A DNA stretch of 64,000 nt from Octopus sinensis. Lineage: Eukaryota. The notes below the pieces were generated by a model, which ran no database searches, had not been told where the DNA came from, and saw nothing but the letters and a program-made list of their open reading frames with translations. Positions 12,681-25,776 of the stretch are shown here, piece by piece (the stretch's first letter is position 1; every line of letters begins with the position of its first letter). The position numbers and the translations under genes are program-made. The stretch spans positions 19,592,001-19,656,000 of the forward strand of contig NC_043024.1 in assembly GCF_006345805.1 (NCBI RefSeq), in the 5' to 3' direction.

Positions 12681-13086
12681 TATGTTTGACTTTTGCTTTA
12701 TATATTTGTACAAGTTGGCTCCAAGTCTCACCCAGAGACCTCAAGAGACAACAAGTTAGAAGTTCATGTTGGTGTTATGCCTAGGGTGCCATATATTTGG
12801 TTTTGTACATAGTATTGTTCTAGAGAATGTTTAAGAAACCATAAGAAAATTATGTTTGTTTTAAAATTTGAAATTACATAGAAAGTATTTTGCGTAGGAT
12901 ATGAGCAGTTCCCATGAGCACTGTCTTTTGAATTTCTGCCATTTTGGGGTTTCCGGTATCTGAGTTAGGTAGCAATCAGCCCCTTTTGCTATCATTCCCA
13001 GGTCACCTATGACAACAGGTATTGTTTTAGTCTTCAGCTTCCACATTTTGCTAATATCTATTTCAAGTTCTTTATATTTGCTCTTG

Positions 13087-13090
<4 letters not shown>
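12680..13090 (-). mobile_element. R4/Dong-clade non-LTR retrotransposon 3' fragment in (TAA)n
   Basis: SKYKELEIDISKMWKLKTKTIPVVIGDLGMI, the C-terminal part of a restriction-like endonuclease (RLE); (TTA)n on both flanks. Confidence 0.85.
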
Positions 13091-13139
<49 letters not shown>

Positions 13140-14223
13140 TTTAATTCTCTCCTTCAAACACTTATATGTCAAAATCGATGGGAGTGACCATCATCATCAT
13201 CATTATTATTGAGTGAGAAAGCAGTGCATGCTATCAAAGTGACACTGGGGTAAAATATACAAAACCCAGTATACCCATCATGACTACCCGTCTGATAAGG
13301 GTACACCAGGCACATGCATCACAACCATATGTGCGCGACTTGGTGATCTCACATCAAAATAAACAGCACCTGACCTTGCAGGTGGGAACTAGTTAGAATT
13401 TTCTTCAGGTTCAGAAACCCATCTTGCTCAAAAGGTTCCTGAATAAGGATTGTTTAAGGATGTTGAACGAAACACCCATGTTTCCAGAGGTAAATTATTC
13501 AAACCCTAAAGAATTCCTCTCAACACACGGCTATGATTCTCCCCCATTACTTCTGCTTGTGATCACAGATGAACATATCGTGAGCCGATAAGGGACATGC
13601 TCAACTGGTTAAAGTCAAACAACTGACAAGCAAATCTGTGGCATTGAGCAGAATATTTGCTGTTGGTGGTGAGCTGCAAGAATTATAAGCATGTTGGCCA
13701 AATGCTTTTGTGGCATTTCCTCTGCTTTTATATTCCAAGTTCAAATTGCACCAAGGTTGTCTGTGCCTGTTATCCTTTCAAAATCAATGAAATAAGTACC
13801 AGATGAATGCTAGGGTCAATGTGATTGACTTGCCCTTCCCAAAAAATTTCAGGTCTTGTGCCTATGGTAGAAAGGGTTCTTCTTCTTCTTCTTCTTTCTT
13901 CTTCTTCTTCTTCTTTTTCTCTTCTTCATTTTTCATTCTTCGTTCTTATTCTCTTCTTCTTTCTTCTTCATTATTCTTTCTTTTCTCATTCTTCTTCTTC
14001 TCATTCTTCTTCTTCTCTTCTTCTTTTCTCCTGATTCCTCCCCCTTCTTCTTCTCTTCTTCTTCTTCTCTTCTTCTTCTAATTCTTTCTCTTCTCATTCT
14101 TTTCTTCTCCTTCTACTTTTTCTCCTGCTCCTCCCTTCTTCTTCTTCTTTCTTCTTCATTCTTCTTCGTTTTCTCCTTCTTCTTCTTCTTCTTCTTTCTT
14201 CTTCTCATTCTTCTTCTTCTCTT

Positions 14224-14306
<83 letters not shown>

Positions 14307-14318
14307 CATTATTTGCAG

Positions 14319-14630
14319 TTCTTGGCAGTTTTCAAAACCATCCAGAGTCTGGTATAGTGCGTGTTGGGGAATCCGTTGCTCTAAGCTGTTTGACAGGAAG
14401 AAGTGTGCCTCCCCCTCGAGTCTACTGGGAGAAAGATGGGATTATTTTCAAAAGTGGCACCCAGAAATACGAAACCACAAAAATAGTTGGTCAGCCCCTT
14501 ATCACAGTAACAAATATGACTTTGGATATTACCGCTACCGATGCCGTGTCTGGAGAATACATCTGTGTTGCCGAGAACAACATGACTGGAGATATTTACA
14601 GGAGTGACCCAGGGAGTATACATTCGGCAG
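14319..14630 (+). CDS. Internal coding exon, Ig domain 2 of the same IgSF gene
   Basis: Acceptor tttgcAG at 14317-18 and donor GTgaga at 14631; 312 nt, phase 1-1, in frame with the previous exon. (F)LGSFQNHPESGIVRVGESVALSC...SVPPPRVYWEKDG...SGEYICVAENN. Confidence 0.9.
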
Positions 14631-14789
14631 GTGAGATTTGAACCTTGATATTTTTTCTGAAGAAATACTACAGCTATTTGTATTGTTTTTGTTGTTGTTG
14701 TTGTTGTTGTTTTTGTTGTTGTTATCATCATTGCTGTTGGCGGAATAGCAGAATCAATAAAGCATCAGACAAAATGCTGTAGAGAGAGT

Positions 14790-15390
14790 TTGTTCCTTCT
14801 TGAACCATGCCTGACCTCATAAGGGCCGGTTTCCCGGTTTCTTTGGTGTATAGGTTCCCCACCTGGATGGGACGCCAGTCCATTGCAGGTGAGCTGCAAG
14901 ATGCAGGAGGAAAGAGTGAAAGTTGTGGCGAAAGAGTCAGCAGAAGTTCACCATTGCTTTCTGCTGGAGTCATGTGGAGCTTAGGTGTTTTCACTCATAA
15001 ACACACACATCACCCGGTCTGAGATTCGAACCCGTGATCCCTCGACCATGAGTCTGCTGCTCTAACCACTAGGCCATGTGCCACCACAATAATAATAATA
15101 ATAATGTTTGTTCCTTCTCGAGCCATGCCTGGCTCATAAGGGCCGGTTTCCCGGTTTCCTTGGCATAGAGGTTCCCCACCTGGATGGGATGCCGGTCTGT
15201 CACAGGTGAGCTGCAAGATGCAGGAGGAAAGAGTGAGAGAAAGTTGTGGTGAAAGAGTCAGCAGAAGTTCGACATTACCTTCTGCTGGAGCCGCATGGAG
15301 CTTAGGTGTTTCGCTCATAAACACACATCGCCCGGTCTGAGATTCGAACCCGCGATCCCTCGACCATGAGTCCATTGCTCTAACCACTAG
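14790..15390 (-). mobile_element. Tandem dimer of a SINE sharing the family C head but with a different 3' half
   Basis: Two units of about 300 bp separated by (AAT)n; head ...TAGTGGTTAGAGCAG...TTCGAATCTCAGACC...AAACACCTAAGCTCCA. Confidence 0.8.
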
Positions 15391-15479
15391 AGGTTGTTTG
15401 GAATAACTTTGACATTTTGCATCATGACACAAAGCACGATGCCCCATCCAAATATAAAAGTACTTTTCAAAATCAAAAG

Positions 15480-15866
15480 CTATCAAGCTTGTTTACCAAC
15501 CACATGGTTCCGGGTTCAGTCCCACTGCATGGCATCTTGGGCAAGTGTCTTCTATTATAGCCTTGGGCCGACCAAAGCTTTGTGAGTGGATTTGGTAGAT
15601 GGGAAACTGAAAGAAACCTGTTGTATATATGTATGTAAGTATATGTGTGTATATGTTTGTGTGTCTGTGTTTGTCCCCCAACATCACTTGACAATCGATG
15701 CTGGTGTGTTCACGTCCCTGTAACTTAGCGGTTCGGCAAAAGAGACCGATAGAATAAGTACTAGGCTTACAAAGAATAAGTCCTGGGGGTGATTTCTTCG
15801 ACTAAAGGCAGTGCTCCAGCATGGTCGCAGTCAAATGATTGAAACAAGTAAAAGAGTAAAAGAGTA
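15480..15866 (+). mobile_element. SINE family A, head-truncated
   Basis: Family A body and tail. Confidence 0.85.
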
Positions 15867-15869
15867 ACT

Positions 15870-17030
15870 AGATTATGGCTGGGTGCCAGCAGCCATCCAT
15901 GGCTTCCACTACAACTTCATGATGGCTGTGGAACCCTAGTGCATGCATTCCTTAACGTGAACCCGGAAAGATTTTGAAACACCTCTTTGATCTTGGCCAC
16001 CAGCTCAGTATTGGTGTTGCAGGCAGGCAGGTTGGCATCATCTCAACTGTGCTTCACGCTTAGTAATATATGGAATTACAACCTGGGGAATTAGGAAGCC
16101 AGAAATTGAAGTTGGTGACAAGCATTTGTGACTCTTTCCAGAGTCGCAGGATGGCTGTGTGGTAAGTAGCTTCCTTACCAACCACATGGTTCCAGGTTCA
16201 GTCCCACTGCATGACACCTTGGGCAAGTGTCTTCTACTATAGCCTTGGGCCAACCAAAGCCTTGTGAGTGGATTTGGTAGATGGAAACTGAAAGAAGCCC
16301 GTCATATATATATATATATATATATGTGTGTGTATGTGTTTGTGTATCAGTGTTTGTATCCCCGCCCCCAACATCGCTTGACAACCGATGCTGGTGTGTT
16401 TACATCCCCGTAACCTAGCGGTTCGGCATAAGAGACTGATAGAATAAGTACTAAGCTTACAAAGATTAAGTCCTGGGGTCGATTTGCTCGACTAAAGGTG
16501 GTGCTCCAGCATGGCCGCAGTCAAATGACTGAAACAAGTAAAGAAATAGAGAAAGGTGTGGCAAAGAGGCAAATCTTGCTGCCACACATATGGCCTTCCA
16601 GCAGCAACCCCTTCGAGTCAGGCTTTAACCACAGTCCCCAATAGCTTCATGTAGTCATCTGAATTGAGCTTAAGGCCCTGTTTAAAGATGTTGGGTGGCA
16701 TCGCATCACTGTCACTGGAGACACACCCGAATACCTATTTCTTTACTACCCACAAGGGGCTAAACACAGAGAGGACAAACAAGGACAGACAAACGGATTA
16801 AGTCGATTATATCGACCCCACTGCATAACTGGTACTTAATTTATCGACCCCGAAAGGATGAAAGGCAAAGTCGACCTTGGCGGAATTTGAACTCAGAATG
16901 TAGCGGCAGACGAAATACCGCAAAGCATTTCGCCCGGCGTGCTAACGTTTCTGCCGAATACCATCACAGAACTTGGTTTACCTGATGTCAATGTCATGTC
17001 TTACACCTTTACACTGACCACAGAGCATTG
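15870..17030 (-). mobile_element. maT/DD37D-type (Tc1/mariner superfamily) transposase relic split by SINEs
   Basis: Reconstructed SVMVFG..SSD.DAMPPNIFKQGLKLNSDDYMKLL.TVVKA..EGVAAGRPYVWQQD ... FW.PNSP ... NTELVAKIKEVFQNL...LRNAC. Confidence 0.75.
16144..16548 (+). mobile_element. SINE family A inserted in the maT relic
   Basis: Full head to tail. Confidence 0.9.
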
Positions 17031-17388
17031 GGCAGCAGTCATGATATCGGTATTTCGATACCCAGTGCTAATCCTCATGATATACAAGTAACTCTTTTCC
17101 TATACTCAGATGGCTTCCATCCATTACCCCCACCCCCACCCATGTCATCTAACTTTGTCTCAGCTACAGCTTTAGCCCTTATGCTCTCTAATGCCACTGA
17201 CTGTTTACAATGGTGTAAAAAGGAGACAAAATCAAAATCATCAAATTTAGTCTGAGCACCTTGTAGAAGACACCTAACAAAGGTGCCACTCATTGGAACT
17301 CCACCCAGAACCATTTGCTGACCACATAACCATTCCTACCACCATATCGTAGCTTCCTGCAGTATATCCACATGAAGTAAGATACTAA

Positions 17389-17990
17389 AGGTGGTGAGCT
17401 GGTAGAACCGTTAGCACACTGGGCGAAATGCTTAGCAGTATTTCGTCTACCATTATGTTCTGAGTTCAAATTCCGCCAAGGTCGACTTTGCTTTTCATCC
17501 TTTCGGGGTCGATAAATTAAGTACCAGTTATGCACTGGGGTCAATGTGATCGACTTAATCTGTTTGTTTGTCCTTGTTTGTCTCTTCTGTGTTTAGCCCC
17601 TTGTGGGTGGTAAAGAAATAGGTATTTCGTCTGCCATTACATTCTGTGTTCAAATTCTGCCGAGGTCGACTTTGCCTTTCATCCTTTATGGGTTGATAGA
17701 TTAAGTACCAGTTATGCACTGGGGTTGATGTAATCGACTTAATCCGTTTGTCTGTCCTTGTTTGTCCCCTCTATGTTTAGCCCCTTGTGTGTAGTAAAGA
17801 AATAGGTATTTCGTCTGCCGCTATGTTCTGAGTTCAAATTCCGCCGCGGTCGACTTTGCCTTTCATCCTTTCGGGGTCGATAAATAAAGTACCAGTTATG
17901 CACTGGAGTCGATGTAATCGACTTAATACGTCTGTCTGTCCTTGTTTGTCCCCTCTCTGTGTAGCCCCTTGTGGGCAGTAAAGATATAAG
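17389..17990 (+). mobile_element. SINE family B array: one head, three 184-bp bodies
   Basis: tatttcgtc recurs at 17439, 17623 and 17807. Confidence 0.85.
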
Positions 17991-18109
17991 ATACACAGCA
18001 AGCTGTTCTGAACCAGTACCACTTCCATCACTAATAACAAACGTTTGCCCAACCCAGTACTTATTCACAATACTAGTGACCGATTAGTCTTAGTCCTTCT
18101 ATATTAGTA

Positions 18110-18327
18110 TGTGCAATGCTGAAAACTTCCTGGTTTTGAGAGTGACGCAAAAGGCCTGGTTGAAGGCTCAACCTTCCGAGTTCTTTTACAGGGCTTAGAA
18201 AAACTGAAGGACTGCTGTAATAAATGTGTGAATCTGAAAGAGGAATATGTTGAATAAAATCATAATTAACCGATCCTCCTGTATTTTCTTTTACTGAAAG
18301 CCAAGAACTTTTCAGCATCCCCCCTCG
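18110..18327 (+). mobile_element. Mariner-derived MITE, TA-flanked (second copy about 50836-51056)
   Basis: Imperfect TIRs (..ATGCTGAAAACTTCCTGG / CCAAGAACTTTTCAGCATCCCCCCTCG-TA); retains the mariner C-terminus LEKLK..CNKCVNL..EYVE*. Confidence 0.75.
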
Positions 18328-18934
18328 TAGAACCAAAATTTGTCTATACATGCAGCCAATGGTCGATGCTATTGATGATGTGCAAAGACGCTGAAATCAA
18401 GATTTAACAGTTCTACTGCCACTGCTGAATGATAATCATCAGCTACTGATCTTCTGTATTTTTAGCACTCTATGTCTATATGAGATGCTTTCTTAAGACA
18501 AATACCACAGCTTTATGGCTTTCTACAGAATATCGGCATTAAGTAAAATATACAGAACACTATTTTGAAATAATACTGCTTTCATTGCTAATAACAAACT
18601 TTTACCCAGCCAATCAGCTACATGTAACACCAGCAATTCGTTAATCACTGTTTTTCTATATCTGTGGAAGCAAATTTGTCTTAGCATGCTGATGGTGGAT
18701 GCTTACCACTGATGACATCCAAGTTTACAGAAATCCTGATTTAGTAATTCCATCACCAATGCGGGAAGCTTTCCATCTGCTGTTTATATACTTCTGTGCT
18801 TTTTAGCTTTATACATCTATACAAGACGCCTTCTCATGATGATTACTGCAGTTCTAAGACATTCAAAAGCATATTCACATTAAGTTAGATATACAAACTT
18901 CTATTCTGAACATCTAGAGCTTCCATCACTAATG

Positions 18935-18972
<38 letters not shown>

Positions 18973-19077
18973 ATATATTATATTATAAAATCCAGCTGTT
19001 TTCGTGTGTATGTATGCATGTATGTATGTCTAAATGAAACAAACACACACACATGTATTCACATACACGTATATGTG

Positions 19078-19115
<38 letters not shown>

Positions 19116-19355
19116 TTTGGGGGAATATATTCCTAACTTATAGGAAAATTTCAATTTAGAAATACTAAATCAAATTTTACAAAATATAAAATAAATATAT
19201 AAAAATTAGAAAAAAACACTTTTTATACATTCAAAATGAACAATTAAATCTAGAAAATTACATATAATAGAAATATTAAAATTAAAATAACAATAATATA
19301 CTGATGGTTAAGTAAATTGCAAAATAATAATATAAATGTATATATTTGGTATATA

Positions 19356-19904
19356 CGAGCAAAATGCCCCCCGTCCAATGGACGATGCTGAGTTGTCAAA
19401 CATTTAAACCAAATTTTCTCAAAACAACTTGTCCACCGTCCCATAGGCCTCCCCTTTGAGAAACACTGATTTAACTTAAATTTGAGACACCAGCAAAAGA
19501 AGAAATAAAGATAGACTTTTTTTCTATTCCAAAGAAAACCGATTTTATTCACACAAATATGCAACCAAAGAGTTTAAGTACCAGTAATGATAAGGCTATT
19601 GACTGGGAGGAAACCACAACATGGTTTAAACAGTAAGCTTGGCAGGAAAGAAACGTGCTTTAAGCAGTACAAAAACAACAAAAAATGGGAGGTGCAGTTA
19701 TGTACAGGTTGACAGAAGAAAAGCAGGACAAAAACGGCTTTATCGATCGCATTCTCACCTGGAATCGATCTTTGTAATTTTTTCAAGACTTATACACACC
19801 TGATACCATCGGTATCTACAAATCAAATTTGAGCGCTATCGGATGGAGGATGCCCGAGATCCGAGAAGACACACAGACAGACAGAATGGATTTTATATAA
19901 GAGA
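19356..19904 (-). mobile_element. Non-autonomous Helitron-like element (family H1)
   Basis: 5' A|TC...TATATAAAATCC..TCTGTCTG; 3' hairpin CGTCC-ATT-GGACG followed by CTCG|T. Confidence 0.65.
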
Positions 19905-20540
19905 TATGCATGTGTATATATACATTCATACATACATATATATATGGTGGGTTTTTTCAGTTTGTCAACCAAATTCGTTTGCAAGGCATTTGTCAGCCCA
20001 GGGCTATAGTAGAAGACACATGCCCTAAAGTACCACATAGTGGGACAGAACCTGAAATCCCATGGCTGCAAAGTAATCTTCTTAACCACACAACCATGTG
20101 TGGGTCTATTTTTGTTTTTTCATTCAATTCCACACAAATGGTAATTAGCTGCTAACCTCTGTGAGTATCTTAGCTTTTTAAGAGGATTAACTTAAAGCAA
20201 ATACCATCTTGATTCATCTTGCTGAACATATGTGTATGGCTGTCTGTATCCGTGTCTGTCTGTGTGTCCTGATTCACCTTGAACCAGCTGAGACAGAAAA
20301 ATAAGTGACAGAATCGGTCGCTGCTTTGCATAGAAACTGAAATCTCATTCTATAAATGTAGACACATTTTGTGCAGGTGGCCTGTCTTGAGACTAAAGGT
20401 ATTAAGCTATTTTAATTAAACCTGCCCTCCATCTGTCGTTTAGCTAAGAAGATTTCATCCATCCATCTTTGACAGCATCTACGTTAGCACCACTGCTGGT
20501 CATAATGGGAGTCCTTATATAGTAGTAGCTTGATCTCCTA

Positions 20541-21620
20541 GAAATAGCAGCCAAATTTACCTCAAACTCACACCTTATAATATGACAAAAAAAATTGGAT
20601 GGACAGATGGCTGCCATTTCTGAAGAAAATATGCAAAGTAGTAATTTTTGGCAAATTTGACCTGCTTAAAATAGCAGCCAAATTCACCTCAAATAGACAC
20701 CATATTATATGGTAAAAGAAAATAGAAGGACAGATGGCTGTCATTTCTGAAAAAAAAATACAAAGTAGTAATTTTTGGCAAGTTTGAGCTGCTTAAAATA
20801 GCAGCCAAATTCACCTCAAAATCATACCATATCATATGGTAAAAGAAAATAGAAGGACAGATGGCTGCCATTTCTGAAGAAAAAATGTAAGGTAGCCATT
20901 TTTGTTAAACTGACCTGCTAAAAATAGCTGCCAAATTTATCTGATATTACAGCTTAGAATTTTACAGAAATAAGAATGGCTGCTATTTCTGAATTTAAAA
21001 AATGCAAGACAGTCATGGTGACTTGCTAGAAATAGCAACCAAATTTATCTAAAAGAAAAGGAAAAGGAAGGATACATGGTTACTATTCAGGGAAGAAAAA
21101 AATGCAATATGGTCATGGTGACCTGCTAGAAATAGCAGCCAAATTTATCTCAAATTATACCTCATGATTTTAAGAGAAAAGGAATGTTACACAGCTATTT
21201 TTTCTGCAGACATAATGCAAGATGGTCCTGATCTGTTAGAAGTAGAAGCCAAATTTATTTTATATTACATCTTACTATTTTATGAAAACGGGAAGGACAC
21301 ACATGCTATTTCTGAAGAAAAAGTGGAATACAAGATGGTCGTGTTGACTTGCCTGAAAGAGTAGCCAAATTTACCTCAAATTATCTAAAAAGAAAGGAAG
21401 GACACATAGCTACTATTTCTGAAGAAATAATGCAAGATGGTCATGGTGGGAACGTCTTTGATCATAGGTCTGCTCATACATATTCACATAAGAAACTCAC
21501 TTTCCTATGGAAGTCTCTATGAGAAATAGCAGCCAAATTTATCTCAAATTCCACCTTAGCATCTTAATAAAAGGAAGACACATGGTGACTGTTTCTGATG
21601 AAAAAGGCATGAAGGTCATA
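20541..21620. repeat. Diverged minisatellite, about 100-130-bp unit, 9 copies
   Basis: AAATAGCAGCCAAATT-like motif at about 20541, 20668, 20796, 20922, 21030, 21130, 21240, 21358 and 21523. Confidence 0.85.
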
Positions 21621-21729
21621 GCTGGAATGTCGTTGATCATAGGTTTGATTTTCTAAACAAACTCATAGCAGTATGGGGGTCCCTATGTGGTAACTGCATT
21701 AGCTAGAAACCGATGGACCTAGGAAGTCA

Positions 21730-23570
21730 CACGTATATGCACACACACACACATACACATACAGACATTAAAGCTGGTACACATACACATGTACACACAC
21801 ATTCATGTAGGTATACACATATATACACATACATGCACACAATACACATGCATACACACACACACATTCATGCTGGCAAACACACACATTCACACTCACA
21901 TATACACACATATTCACGCTGGTACACATACATGCACTCACACATGTATACACACCATTTACACACACAGTCATGTTAGTACACACACATATACACACAC
22001 ATTAATGGTGGTACACACACATATACACATTCATACAAGTATACACATACACATTCACACTGGTATACACATACACCCACACATTTTTTAAACACTCACA
22101 CACATTTATTCTTTTACACACACAAACACACACATTCCTTGCAAATATACACACACACACATAATCACACCTGTATTCAATGAATAAATATACACCCATG
22201 CACATACATACACTTGCACATTCATGCTTTTACACATGAATATATTCACACAAATATACAAACACATATATATATATATACACACACACGCATAGGCACA
22301 TTCCCTTACACACAGGCATATACACACACTCACATATGGATGTACACAAACCTTTACATGTGTACATATATTCACATGTATGCACACACACACACACATC
22401 CATTCATGTACACACATTTCTACATACACATCTACATTTACACGGCTAAACGCACGCACTCACTCACACGCACACATAAATAAACCAAGAAGTACATCCC
22501 CATTCACATTTACATATGCACACACACTCTCACACACATATTCACAAACACACACCTTTACATATGCAAACACACACGCACATAAATTCACATATGTACT
22601 CACACACATATACATACACACACACACATACGATCATGCACACACATTCCTACACACACACACTTACATTTACACTGCTAAACACACTCACACACACAAA
22701 AATAAACCAATACATCCCCATTTACATAGTGATACACACGCTCACACGTATTCACAAACACACACAGCTTTACATATGGGACACACACACACATAAATTC
22801 AAACATGCACTCACACACACACACACACACACATGCATATATACACACACATGCCTTCATGCACACACATTCCTACACACACATGTACATTTACACAGCT
22901 AAACACACTCCCACGCACATAAAGTCACACATGCACTCACACACACACACATACATACACACACACACATGCTTTCATGCACATACATTCCTACACACAC
23001 ACCTACATTTCCACAGTTAAACACACTCACTCACACACACACATAAATAAACCAAGAAATACATCCATATTCACATTTACATATGCACACACACTCTCAC
23101 ACACATATTCCCAAACACACACACCTTTACATATGCACACACACACACACATAAATTTACACATGCACTCACACACACACACACACACATAAATTTACAC
23201 ATGCACTCACTCACACACACACACAGACACACATGCACATATAAATTCACACACACATATGCATTCATGCACACATAAATAAACCAATACATCCCCATTT
23301 ACATACTGATACACATGCACACTCTCACATACGTATTCACAAACACACACCTTTACATATGCTCACACACACACACACGCACATAAATTCACACATACAC
23401 ACACATACACACACATACATACACACACACACATACATACACACATAAACACAGACACATACATACACACACACAAACACAGACACATACACACACACAC
23501 ATACATACACATACACACAAACACACACACACACATTCACATACGCATGCATGCTTCCATACACATTCTC
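21730..23570. repeat. Compound (CA)-rich microsatellite block
   Basis: Visible; source of many spurious H/T-rich ORFs. Confidence 0.95.
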
Positions 23571-23994
23571 ACAAGCACAATAACAACAACAATATTCTCA
23601 CTGCTCGCTGTCAGCGATTAACCAGAAGTTGAAGAATACAGAAATGGCTTTAGAAAAAGAGAGACAGAAAGAATTGGTTAGAATATATTTTCGAGGCGGA
23701 GAATAAAGAAAAGGCAGGATTCGAGGGTTGGAAGCAGAAAAATACCAATACCAAAAAAAAAAAAATAAAAAAATAAAAAAATTTGCAAACTGCTAAAATA
23801 TAAAAAACAAACACATTCGCTAGCTCACCAGATTTTCTCATCAATCACCGCAAACCCCATTGCAATCCGAATATTAACCCCTGTATAACCTTACACTAGT
23901 TATCTCTTATTCTCTGGTCCGTTGAGGGCCTTGAGTAAAAATGTAAATGCATAATAATAAAAGGAAAACCAGCAACGATGGATTTACTGTTGGT

Positions 23995-24008
23995 AAATGA
24001 TATTGATG

Positions 24009-24046
<38 letters not shown>

Positions 24047-24684
24047 GATGGCAATGGAGAAATATAAACCATGGAAATATTGCTGGTAATAAGGATAATG
24101 ATAAGAAAATAAGATTCATAATGTATATGACACATACATATATACAAATATATATGCATGCATATATATATACATATGCACATATACATACATATGTATA
24201 TATATATGTGCCTGTGTGTGAATATATATATATGTGTATATATGTATGTATAATGATTATACCTGGATATGATGCTGATATATATATATATTATATATAT
24301 ATATATATATAGGTAGGTAGATATAGTTATATCATGTGTGTATGAATATATATATGTGCATATGTTTGTAAATATATATGTATATGTGTTTGTATACATG
24401 TGTAATATATTTATGTGTGTATGTGTGCATATATGTGTGTATGTGTTTATATATATGTATGTATGTATGCATATATGTGTGTATGTGTTTATATGTATGT
24501 ATACATTTATGTGTGTGTGTGTGTGTACGTATGTATGTATGTATGTATGTATGCATGTATGTATGCTTGTAAGTATATATGTATATATATATGCATGTGT
24601 ATGTATACATGTGTAATATATTTATGTGTATATGTGTGCATATATATGTATGTGTTTATATGCATGTATACATATGTGTGTATA

Positions 24685-24720
<36 letters not shown>

Positions 24721-25250
24721 TGTATGCATGTATGTATGTTTGTAAATATGTATGTATATATGCATGTGTATGTATGCATATATATGTGTATGTGTTTATA
24801 TGTATGTATACATTTATGTGTGTGTATATATATGTATGTATGTATTCATGTATGTTTGTAAATATATATATGTATGTATATATGCATGTGTATGTATACA
24901 TGTGTAATATATTTATGTGTATATGTATGCATATATATGTGTATGTATTTATATGTATGTATACATTTATGTGTGTGTATATATATGTATGTATGTATGT
25001 GTGAATGTATGAATGTATATATGTATGTATTTGTGTGTGGATATATGTATGTATGTATGTGTGAATGTATGAATGTATATATGTATGTATTTGTGTGTGT
25101 ATATATGTATGTATGTATGTGTGAATGTATGAATGTATATATGTATGTATTTGTGTGTGGATATATGTATGTATGTATGTATGCATGTATGTACATATGT
25201 GTGTATGTATACATATATGTGTGTGTACGTATGCATGTATGTATGTATAA
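23995..25250. repeat. (AAT)n plus compound (TATG)/(TG) block with a 60-bp higher-order unit at about 24970-25200
   Basis: Consecutive 60-nt sequence lines at 25021, 25081 and 25141 are near-identical. Confidence 0.95.
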
Positions 25251-25725
25251 ATGCAATATTTCCTCCGCAAGCCAGCCTCACATCCGACCAGTGTTTATGT
25301 GGTTAGCAGGTTAGCGCTAAAAGCATGTTAAGAAAACTATTGAGATCTAATTTAATCTGAGTGTCCAAGACAACTTTTACCATTATTTATATATATTTAT
25401 CCGTTTATTCTCCCAATGCATTTTGCTCAATTTCCCTTCATATTACTATTCCGTTTCCGTTCCAAAACTGTTGTGAAAAAACGTTTTCGCAAAAGGCTAC
25501 AAATAATACAAACAAAGGAATAATCCGGAATGGTTTTTATTAGGGAACAATAGCTTGGCAAACACTTACGCCACTTGGCACATTGATATAAACAAGGGAA
25601 GTTCTTTGGGAATTGCAGGAATAAACTTGCAAGAAGTTTTTTGATTCCTGATTCAAAACCATTTCAATCCATTTCATTTCACTTCCTCATTTCACAAGAT
25701 CCTGGAAACACTATGAATATTATTA

Positions 25726-25775
<50 letters not shown>

Positions 25776-25776
<1 letters not shown>

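Noticed and set aside
17075-17314. 79-aa minus-strand ORF upstream of the maT relic as its N-terminus
   Set aside because: No HTH or transposase motifs recognised; left unassigned.
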